A stretch of 32,000 bases of DNA. Origin: Chlamydiota bacterium. Its GTDB lineage: Bacteria; Auribacterota; JACPWU01. Position 1 is the stretch's first letter, and each line of letters opens with the position of its first letter. Of this stretch, positions 24,029 to 31,245 are shown one piece after another. Position numbers and translations under genes: made by a program. The notes below the pieces were generated by a model. That model had not been told where the DNA came from and did not search any database. It saw nothing but the letters and a program-made list of their open reading frames with translations. The DNA lies in contig JACPWU010000019.1 of NCBI GenBank assembly GCA_016196885.1, forward strand, positions 22,270-54,269, written 5' to 3'.

Positions 24029-24121
24029 CCGTGTGCGAAATTTCCTCTACAAATAGAAGGGCTGTGTGTATATTATACACGATTTAAGGAAGAGGCTAGT
24101 TTTTAGTTCTTGGTTTTTAAC

Positions 24122-24194
24122 GGGCGATTAGCTCAGTTGGTAGAGCACGAGCTCGACACGCTCGGGGTCAGAGGTTCGAACCCTCTATCGCCCA
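24122..24194 (+). tRNA. tRNA-Val(GAC): tRNA-Val (anticodon GAC at 24155-24157), no encoded CCA
   Basis: Hand-folded cloverleaf. Acceptor stem GGGCGAT/ATCGCCC. D arm GCTC-AGTTGGTA-GAGC. Anticodon stem CGAGC/GCTCG with loop TCGACAC. Variable loop GGGTC. T arm AGAGG-TTCGAAC-CCTCT. Discriminator A. Confidence 0.85.
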
Positions 24195-24203
24195 TTTTTA
24201 ATA

Positions 24204-24312
24204 CAGGGAATAGGGTGTAGGGTTTAGGGCGTAGGGAATAAGGATTTTTATTAAATTAAGAATCTTTGGTTTTCCTTTACCCTAAACCCTGCGCCCTAAT
24301 CCCTATACCCTG
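24204..24312. repeat. Long inverted repeat of TAGGG-type heptamers between tRNA-Val and thrS
   Basis: Left arm CAGGGAA TAGGGTG TAGGGTT TAGGGCG TAGGGAA TAAGGAT (24204-24245). AT-rich loop. Right arm CCCTAAA CCCTGCG CCCTAAT CCCTATA CCCTG (24280-24312). Confidence 0.85.
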
Positions 24313-24320
24313 GTTTTAAA

Positions 24321-26075
24321 ATGAGCTATGGTCCAGAAGAACATTATAAAGGTTTATCTCCTGAGTTAGAGAAATGTCGCCACAGTGCTGCCCATATCAT
24401 GGCACAGGCGGTGAAGCGTCTTTTCCCTGAAGCGAAAATCACCATCGGCCCTGCCATTGAGACGGGATTCTATTACGACTTTGATTTGAACAAGCCTTTC
24501 TCGCCCGAAGATTTGACGCGCATTGAAGATGAGATGCGTAAAATCGTCAAAGAAAATTATCCCTTTCTTCGAGAAGAACTTTCTCGTGGAGATGCCACTC
24601 TCCTTTTTGAGAAAATGAAGGAACCCTTTAAGGTTGAGATTTTGAATGAGATTAAAGAGGATCGCGTCAGCACTTATCGACAAGGCGAGTTTCTAGATCT
24701 TTGCCGCGGGCCTCATTTGGAGAGTACCGGAAAGTTGAAGGCCTTTAAACTTTTGAGCATTGCGGGGGCCTATTGGCGCGGCAGTGAAAAAAATAAAATG
24801 CTTCAGCGCATTTACGGCACCGCCTTCCCTTCTCAACAAGAGTTGGACGCCTATCTGAAACAAATAGAAGAATCCAAACTCAGGGATCATCGCAAACTGG
24901 GAAAGGAGTTGGGACTTTTTAGCATTCATTCAGAAGCGGGGCCGGGTCTTATTTTCTGGCAGCCGAAGGGGGGCCGTGTCCGTTGGGTTTTAGAAAATTT
25001 CTGGCGCCAAGAGCATTTTCGCCGGGGCTATGAATTTGTCTATAGCCCCCATGTGGCACGCCTCGAGCTTTGGAAAACGAGCGGACATTGGGATTATTAT
25101 CGGGACAGCATGTATCCCCCCATGGAGCTGGAAGAGGATCAGTATGTGACCAAGCCCATGAATTGCCCCGGCCATATTCTGATGTTTCGCTCTGGGGTGC
25201 GCAGTTACCGGGATTTACCTTTGAGATTTGCGGAATTGGGAACGGTGTATCGCTTTGAACGCACCGGCGTACTGCACGGTTTAATGCGGGTTCGGGGATT
25301 CACGCAGGATGACGCCCATATTTTTTGTACCCCGCAGCAATTGCAAGGGGAAATTCAGTCCGTGCTTGAGCTTGTGGATTTCATGATGAAAATTTTTGCC
25401 TTTACGTATCAGGTGGCCTTGAGCACGCGACCTGAGAAATTCGCGGGTCAGTTAGAAATGTGGGATAAAGCCACTCAGGCTTTGGAAGAGGCGTTGAAGG
25501 CACGGAACATTCCTTATAAAGTGGATCCGGGCGAGGGCGTTTTTTATGGCCCTAAAATTGACATTAAATTAATTGATGCCTTGGGCCGCCCTTGGCAAGG
25601 GCCAACCATTCAAGTGGATTTTAATTTGCCCGAGCGTTTCGAAGCAACTTATGTGGCCTCTGATGGGAAGCACCATCCGGTGGTCATGGTTCACCGTGCG
25701 GTTTGGGGAAGCATGGAGCGCTTTTTGGGTATTTTGATTGAACATTTTGGAGGGGCCTTCCCTTTGTGGCTTTCTCCTGTTCAGGTGAAGGTTCTGCCGA
25801 TTACAAGCGATGAAATCCCCTATGCCCAAGAGGTGAAGCAAAGACTGGTGAAAGAGGGCCTTCGAGCAGAATTAGATGATCGTTCTGAGAAAATAGGTTT
25901 TCGTATCCGGGAGGCGCAGGTCGAAAAAGTGCCTTACATGCTTGTGATTGGAGGAAGAGAGGCCCAAGGTCATACAGTGGCCGTCCGCGAGCGAAAAAAG
26001 GGGGATTTGGGCGTCATGGACTTGGACGCTTTCCTTAAGAAGGCTCAGGAAGAGGTTGAGCAAAAGAGCGCGTGA
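24321..26075 (+). CDS. thrS: Threonyl-tRNA synthetase (no N-terminal TGS domain)
   Basis: 584 aa. Begins just before the editing-domain motif RHSAAHIMAQAV. Class II motifs are present (KPMNCPGH, FTQDDAHIF). Confidence 0.95.
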   Translation: MSYGPEEHYKGLSPELEKCRHSAAHIMAQAVKRLFPEAKITIGPAIETGFYYDFDLNKPFSPEDLTRIEDEMRKIVKENYPFLREELSRGDATLLFEKMKEPFKVEILNEIKEDRVSTYRQGEFLDLCRGPHLESTGKLKAFKLLSIAGAYWRGSEKNKMLQRIYGTAFPSQQELDAYLKQIEESKLRDHRKLGKELGLFSIHSEAGPGLIFWQPKGGRVRWVLENFWRQEHFRRGYEFVYSPHVARLELWKTSGHWDYYRDSMYPPMELEEDQYVTKPMNCPGHILMFRSGVRSYRDLPLRFAELGTVYRFERTGVLHGLMRVRGFTQDDAHIFCTPQQLQGEIQSVLELVDFMMKIFAFTYQVALSTRPEKFAGQLEMWDKATQALEEALKARNIPYKVDPGEGVFYGPKIDIKLIDALGRPWQGPTIQVDFNLPERFEATYVASDGKHHPVVMVHRAVWGSMERFLGILIEHFGGAFPLWLSPVQVKVLPITSDEIPYAQEVKQRLVKEGLRAELDDRSEKIGFRIREAQVEKVPYMLVIGGREAQGHTVAVRERKKGDLGVMDLDAFLKKAQEEVEQKSA

Positions 26076-26156
26076 CGCACGCTATTTATTCTTATTGCAT
26101 TCTGTCCGCTCTTATAATAAAATCCTCCCCTTTGATAAAGGAAAAGGAGGTGTCGG

Positions 26157-26663
26157 ATTACCCGCATTAATCATCAAATTCGTGTTCCAAAGGTGAGGAC
26201 CATTGATGAGAAAGGGCGCCAATTGGGAGTCCTTTCTGCTTCTGAAGCTTTGGATTTGGCGATGAAAATCAATTTGGATTTGGTGGAAGTGGCTCCGGAT
26301 GCGGATCCTCCTGTGTGCCGTATCATGGATTTTGGGAAATATCGTTACGAGCAAACCAAAAAGGAAAAGGAGGCCAAGAAGAAGCAGCATGTGGTGAGGG
26401 TGAAGGAGATGAAATTTCATCCCAATATCGAGGATCATGATTATGGGGTGAAATTGAGGCATATCGTCGAATTCTTGAACAAAGGCAACAAGGTCAAAGT
26501 CACCCTTGCTTTTCGGGGCCGTGAGTTCAGTCACATGGAGTATGGCAAGCGCCTTCTGGAACGGTTGGTGACAGATGTATCTCAAACAGGGGCGGTGGAA
26601 CAGTCGGCCAAGTTGTATGGAAAAAACATGATCGTGGTGATCGGGCCGACGAAGGGGAAATAA
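26157..26663 (+). CDS. infC: Translation initiation factor IF-3, with an ATT (AUU) start codon
   Basis: The track starts it at GTG 26193. The frame is open back to the TAA at 26136-26138, and the upstream codons encode ITRINHQIRVPK, the conserved IF3 N-terminus. SD AAGGAGG (26144-26150) lies 6 nt before ATT 26157. There is no ATG, GTG or TTG in frame between. Confidence 0.85.
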   Translation: MTRINHQIRVPKVRTIDEKGRQLGVLSASEALDLAMKINLDLVEVAPDADPPVCRIMDFGKYRYEQTKKEKEAKKKQHVVRVKEMKFHPNIEDHDYGVKLRHIVEFLNKGNKVKVTLAFRGREFSHMEYGKRLLERLVTDVSQTGAVEQSAKLYGKNMIVVIGPTKGK

Positions 26664-26676
26664 AAAGTAATAAGTT

Positions 26677-26831
26677 GAGACCTCTGAAAAAGGCCCATCC
26701 GACAACGCTTCCTGCTTCGCTCAGTTGTGCGGCGTACCTGAAAACGTACGCCTCCTCCTTCGCTTGCAGGCGCGCTTCCCTCTGGGACCTTTTTGAGAGG
26801 TCTCTAGAAGTTGGGGTTTTTCAGAGGTTTC
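26677..26831 (+). promoter_or_regulatory. Structured leader upstream of rpmI-rplT with mutually exclusive pairings (candidate L20-responsive element)
   Basis: S1 is GAGACCTCTGAAAAAGGCCCA (26677-26697). It pairs with S2, TGGGACCTTTTTGAGAGGTCTC (26783-26804). Alternatively it pairs with S3, TTTTTCAGAGGTTTC (26817-26831; 15 bp including one G-U). Confidence 0.4.
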
Positions 26832-26901
26832 AAGCAGTGAGTTTTAAAGGAGTTTATTTTTTACTTACAGCCTATAGCTTATCACTTAAGAGAGAGTAAA
26901 T

Positions 26902-27099
26902 ATGCCAAAGATCAAAACCATTAAAGGTGCAAAAAAAAGATTTAAAATTACGGGCACGGGAAAAGTTGTCCGTTACAAGGCTTTTGGAAGTCATTTGATG
27001 GCACATAAGGAAGCCAAGAGGAAGAGAAACTTAAGAGGTTCCGTGGTGGTAGACCCCGCGGATCAACTCCGCTTCCGCAGAATGTTGCCGAATGGGTGA
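26902..27099 (+). CDS. rpmI: Ribosomal protein L35
   Basis: [22 protein letters not shown]... Confidence 0.95.
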   Translation: MPKIKTIKGAKKRFKITGTGKVVRYKAFGSHLMAHKEAKRKRNLRGSVVVDPADQLRFRRMLPNG

Positions 27100-27103
27100 A
27101 AAT

Positions 27104-27172
27104 ACGGTTTTAAGTTCTGAGTTTTAAGTTGTAAGTAAAAAAATTCCTTTTAACTTAAAACTTAAAACTGTC
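27104..27172. repeat. Heptamer-based hairpin between rpmI and rplT
   Basis: Left arm GTTTTAA GTTCTGA GTTTTAA GTTGTAA (27107-27134). A-rich loop. Right arm TTTTAAC TTAAAAC TTAAAAC (27148-27168). Same unit family as the array at 23004-23037. Confidence 0.8.
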
Positions 27173-27190
27173 TTATAAAGGAGTTTATTT

Positions 27191-27550
27191 ATGCCGCGCT
27201 CAACCAACGCACCTGCTTCACGCAGGCGGAAAAAAAGAAAATTAAAATTATCCAAAGGCAATTGGGGTGCCCGAGGCAATCTCTACAAGGCGGCTTCGTT
27301 TAATCTCTTAAAGGCCATGCGTTACAGCTATCGTGATCGCTTGGCCCGGAAAAGAGATTTTCGCTCTCTTTGGATCACCCGAATTGGAGCGGCCACACGT
27401 GCCGGGGAACTTTCTTACAGCCGTTTCATGGCCGGCCTTAAAAAGGCGGGGATTGAACTCAACCGCAAGATTTTGGCTGAATTGGCGGTCAGCGACAAGG
27501 AAACCTTTTCGAATCTTGTGAATGCTGCCAAAAAGGCCTTGTCCGCATAA
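27191..27550 (+). CDS. rplT: Ribosomal protein L20
   Basis: 119 aa, with [23 protein letters not shown]...[19 protein letters not shown]. Confidence 0.95.
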   Translation: MPRSTNAPASRRRKKRKLKLSKGNWGARGNLYKAASFNLLKAMRYSYRDRLARKRDFRSLWITRIGAATRAGELSYSRFMAGLKKAGIELNRKILAELAVSDKETFSNLVNAAKKALSA

Positions 27551-27577
27551 TCGGGTGATGCGAGGGCCTCTTCTCTT

Positions 27578-28618
27578 ATGGAAACCTCGATTCAATCTCT
27601 TTCTAGCAAGGTTCATGACATCCTTCAAGAAGCAGAGAAGGCCATTCACGCTTCCCAAAGTCTCGACGCCTTAGATCGAGAGCGTGTTCATTGGCTCGGG
27701 CGAAAAGGTGTTCTCACCGAATTTTTAAAAGGATTGGGAAAGCTGCCACCCGATCAAAAACCTCAAGTGGGAAAAATTGTTCACACCGCCAAGGAAAAAG
27801 TAGAGACGTGGCTGGAGGCTTGTAAACTTCGTCTTGAAAGTGAGAAGAGAAAAATTCAACTCCAGCAAGAAAAGTTAGACATTACTTTACCTGGAAAATC
27901 CAGGAAATACGGCCATCTTCACCCCCTCACGAGAGTCGCTTCAGAGATTGTAAATGTTTTTGTTCAAATGGGATTTTCTGTGGAGGAAGGCCCCGAAATT
28001 GAAACGGATTATTATAATTTTGAAGCCTTGAATATTCCCAAAGACCATCCCGCTCGGGACATGCAGGACACCCTCTATTTATCGAAGGATCTTTTGCTCA
28101 GAACACATACCTCCCCGATTCAAATTCATGTGATGAAAGAGCGAAAACCTCCTTTGCGGGTTATTGCGCCGGGGCGGGTCTATCGGGCCGATGATGTGGA
28201 TGTCTCGCATTCTCCGATGTTTCATCAAGTCGAGGGATTTTATGTGGATCGAGATGTCAGCTTTGCCCATCTCAAATATACGTTGGTGCATTTTGCCAAA
28301 AGGATTTTTGGTGAGAAAACACGTTTAAGGTTTCGGCCGAGCTTTTTCCCTTTCACGGAGCCGAGTGCCGAGGTGGATATTGCCTGTTCTGTGTGCGAGG
28401 GCTCGGGCTGCCGGCTTTGTTCTGGCCGGGGATGGCTGGAGATTCTAGGGGCAGGGATGATTCATCCGAATGTCTTTGAGGCCGTAGGCTACGATCCTTC
28501 AGCGTTTACAGGATTTGCCTTCGGGATGGGGGTCGAGCGCATTGCCATGTTGAAATATGGGATTCACGACATTCGGCTCTTTTTTGAAAATGACATGAGG
28601 TTTTTGGAACAGTTTTAG
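27578..28618 (+). CDS. pheS: Phenylalanyl-tRNA synthetase alpha subunit
   Basis: 346 aa, with HPARDMQDTLY, FRPSFFPFTEPSAEVD and GFAFGMGVERIAMLKYGI. Confidence 0.95.
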   Translation: METSIQSLSSKVHDILQEAEKAIHASQSLDALDRERVHWLGRKGVLTEFLKGLGKLPPDQKPQVGKIVHTAKEKVETWLEACKLRLESEKRKIQLQQEKLDITLPGKSRKYGHLHPLTRVASEIVNVFVQMGFSVEEGPEIETDYYNFEALNIPKDHPARDMQDTLYLSKDLLLRTHTSPIQIHVMKERKPPLRVIAPGRVYRADDVDVSHSPMFHQVEGFYVDRDVSFAHLKYTLVHFAKRIFGEKTRLRFRPSFFPFTEPSAEVDIACSVCEGSGCRLCSGRGWLEILGAGMIHPNVFEAVGYDPSAFTGFAFGMGVERIAMLKYGIHDIRLFFENDMRFLEQF

Positions 28619-28788
28619 CCATTTGAAAATTGAAGCGCGGGTCCTGTCCCTCCTCACCCCCGCTGACGGCATCGATGTCGGTGGGGTTGTGAATGTAATG
28701 AAAGGGTCAATGTCTCCATCTGCTGGCGCTCAGCAGGGGACCCCCAGTCGGGCCACCCGCTGGTTGTGATTCTGTTTTGAATGGCTAA
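28616..28788. repeat. GC-rich structured insert filling the pheS-pheT spacer, bounded by 9-bp terminal inverted repeats
   Basis: TTAGCCATT (28616-28624, containing the pheS stop) and AATGGCTAA (28780-28788). Internal palindromes are CATCGATG and CTGCTG-gcgct-CAGCAG. GGTTGTGA occurs twice (28685-28692 and 28762-28769). Confidence 0.55.
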
Positions 28789-28814
28789 AATTTTGAGGGG
28801 TATAGGGGTGAAGT

Positions 28815-31190
28815 ATGAAAATCTTACTGAGTTGTCTTAAAAAATTTGTGGATGTTAAGGCTTCTCCTCAAGAGCTCGCTCATCAATTGACAATGGGTGG
28901 TTTTGAGGTAGAGGCCCTTGAGCATTTTTCCGTGGGTTTTGAAAAGGTGGTGGTGGGAAAAATTTTAGAGATTGAGTCTCATCCCAATGCGGACCGCTTG
29001 ACGTTGTGCAAGGTAGACAATGGAAAGGAAATTCTTTCGATTGTGTGTGGTGCGAAAAACATTTCTGTGAATGATGTGGTGCCTGTGGCTTTAGACGGTG
29101 CAAAACTTCCCGGTGATAAAAAAATCACGGCCTCTAAAATTCGAGGAGAATTTTCTCAGGGCATGCTCTGTTCTAAAAAAGAATTGGGATTGGGTGAGGA
29201 CACGCAGGGCATTTGGCTTTTGCCAAAGGATTTAAAATTAGGGTCTAACGTCTCTGGGGCTTTGGGGCTTGAAGATCAGGCCCTTATTTTAAATATCACT
29301 GCGAATCGGGGCGATGTTTTAAGCATTCGGGGCGCGGCCCGTGAAGTGGCTGCTTTGACTCAAACGGTTTTAAAAAATGTTTCGAATCGCCCCCTCCAAG
29401 AGGCGACGACACTTTTTGAAACGATCGTCCAGGTTTGTGAGAAAGATTTTGAGGCGTGTCCGCGGTACATGGCGCGGGTGATTCGAAATGTGAAGGTAGG
29501 GCCCTCTCCTTTTTGGCTGGTTCAAAAATTGGAACGCATGGGGCATCGTTCGATCAACAATATCGTGGACGTGACAAATTGGATTTTGCTGGAGTTGGGG
29601 CATCCCCTCCATGCCTTTGATTTAGACCGCTTGGCGGGTTCGAAGATCATTGTTCGAAAGGCGAAAGAGGGAGAGCGACTGCTTGCCATTGACGGGAGTG
29701 ATTTGAAATTGGATCCCTCGATGTTGGTGATTGCGGATGAAAAAAAGCCCGTGGCGTTGGCGGGTGTGATGGGTGGAAAAGAGAGCGAGGTTTCGGGCGA
29801 AACACAAAATATTTTACTCGAATGTGCATTTTTTGATCCTTCCTCAGTCCGCCAAACCTCCAGAGGGCTGAATTTAATTTCTGAATCTTCTTATCGTTTT
29901 GAAAGAGGCGTGGACCCTTTGGGACAGCCAGAGGCCTTGGATGAGGCAGCCGTGTTGATTCAAGAGTTGGCAGGGGGAGAGGTGCTGCGGGGCGTGGCTG
30001 ATGTTTATCCCAAGCCCTTTGTCCCTCGCGAGATGGCTTTTCATCCTCAGGCGTGTGAAAAGCTCTTGGGATGCTCGATCCCTGAAGCCGAAGTAGAATC
30101 TCTCTTTCAGAGGCTCTCCATTCAAACGCTAGAGAAAAAGCAAGGCTCTTGGAAATTGAAAATCCCGTCCTATCGGCATGATTTAACAAAAGAGGTGGAT
30201 TTGATTGAAGAGGTGGTTCGATTGTGGGGCTACGATCGTGTCCCTCAAGAAGCTGCCCAGATGAACCCAGCTTTTGAGGGAGAGCCTTTTTCTGGGATGA
30301 GAAATTTTCAAGAAGAGACGCGCTCCATTTTGAGGGGCTTGGGTCTTTCCGAGGTGATAAATTACAGCTTTCTTTCGCCAGAGCTTTTGAAAAAGGCATT
30401 TCAAAATGAAAATGCCATTCCCCTCTTGAATCCGATTCGCCAAGATTATTCCCATTTGAGAACCAGCCTGATTCCAGGTCTCATGACCCATCTTTCCTTC
30501 AATGAGAATCGGGGTCTCTTGGACATTCAAATTTTTGAAATTGGAAAATGTTATTTTCCCGAAAGGGAGGAAAGAAACGCCCTGGGTTTGGCCTTGATGG
30601 GGAAGGTTTCGGGGATGTCTTGGGGGGAAAAAAAGGATTTGGATTTTTTTGATTTAAAAGGTTTGGTGGAGGGATGGCTTTCTTCCATCCGCTGCAAGGT
30701 GATTTTCCGTGTCTCTCAGGCTCCCGGCTTTCACCCGGGTCGATGTGCCCAAGCCGTCGTGGAGGGTCATCCGATCGGAGTGATAGGTGAAGCGCATCCA
30801 GATTTGTTAAAAAATTTCGGCCTTCGCCAAAGAGTTTTTTTAGGTGAGTTTAGGCTGGAAGAAGTTCTAAAAAAATTGCCCTCACAAAAAACTTTTCAGG
30901 ATTTGCCCAAGTATCCAGCCATTCGACGGGACATCGCCATGGTGGTTGAGGAGACGATGCCCTACGGCGATATTGAAAGTGCAATTTGGGAAAAGGCGCC
31001 GGCCCTTTTAAAATCTGTGGAGCTTTTCGACGTGTATCAGGGAGAACAAGTTCCTGCCGGCCACAGAAGTCTCGCCCTCTCTTTATGCTTCCGATCGGAT
31101 GAAGGGACGCTGAAAGATGAAGAGATAGACGCCCTTGAAAAAGAGATGAAGAACCAATGGGTTGAGAAATTAAAGTGTCAGTTTAGATGA
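28815..31190 (+). CDS. pheT: Phenylalanyl-tRNA synthetase beta subunit
   Basis: 791 aa. N-terminal tRNA-binding domain (VVVGKILEIESHPNADRLTLCKVD), followed by B3/4, B5 and FDX-ACB regions. Confidence 0.95.
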   Translation: MKILLSCLKKFVDVKASPQELAHQLTMGGFEVEALEHFSVGFEKVVVGKILEIESHPNADRLTLCKVDNGKEILSIVCGAKNISVNDVVPVALDGAKLPGDKKITASKIRGEFSQGMLCSKKELGLGEDTQGIWLLPKDLKLGSNVSGALGLEDQALILNITANRGDVLSIRGAAREVAALTQTVLKNVSNRPLQEATTLFETIVQVCEKDFEACPRYMARVIRNVKVGPSPFWLVQKLERMGHRSINNIVDVTNWILLELGHPLHAFDLDRLAGSKIIVRKAKEGERLLAIDGSDLKLDPSMLVIADEKKPVALAGVMGGKESEVSGETQNILLECAFFDPSSVRQTSRGLNLISESSYRFERGVDPLGQPEALDEAAVLIQELAGGEVLRGVADVYPKPFVPREMAFHPQACEKLLGCSIPEAEVESLFQRLSIQTLEKKQGSWKLKIPSYRHDLTKEVDLIEEVVRLWGYDRVPQEAAQMNPAFEGEPFSGMRNFQEETRSILRGLGLSEVINYSFLSPELLKKAFQNENAIPLLNPIRQDYSHLRTSLIPGLMTHLSFNENRGLLDIQIFEIGKCYFPEREERNALGLALMGKVSGMSWGEKKDLDFFDLKGLVEGWLSSIRCKVIFRVSQAPGFHPGRCAQAVVEGHPIGVIGEAHPDLLKNFGLRQRVFLGEFRLEEVLKKLPSQKTFQDLPKYPAIRRDIAMVVEETMPYGDIESAIWEKAPALLKSVELFDVYQGEQVPAGHRSLALSLCFRSDEGTLKDEEIDALEKEMKNQWVEKLKCQFR

Positions 31191-31245
31191 ATAAAGCCTT
31201 GATTTTTAACCAAAATATGAAAAGGATCTGAGGCCTGATAGAATT

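Noticed and set aside
24204-24245. TTTAGGG/TTAGGG-like units as genuine telomeric repeats
   Set aside because: They lie internally between a tRNA gene and thrS, with a complementary arm 30 nt away. They are one of several unrelated heptamer families, so the resemblance to eukaryotic telomeres is taken as coincidence.
26112-26899. 197-aa minus-strand ORF antisense to infC, and a 74-aa plus-strand ORF (26675-26899) in the infC-rpmI spacer
   Set aside because: The first is a shadow of infC. The second starts at TTG, has no SD, and runs through the S1/S2/S3 structured segments, so an RNA-level explanation is preferred.
2251-27172. Possibility that the short-repeat arrays are CRISPR arrays
   Set aside because: The units are 7 nt, directly abutting with no spacers, and mostly organised as complementary arms. 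No cas genes are present.
29647-30530. 250-aa and 115-aa minus-strand ORFs inside pheT
   Set aside because: They are antisense shadows of a well-supported conserved gene, with Pro/Ser/Arg-rich junk translation.
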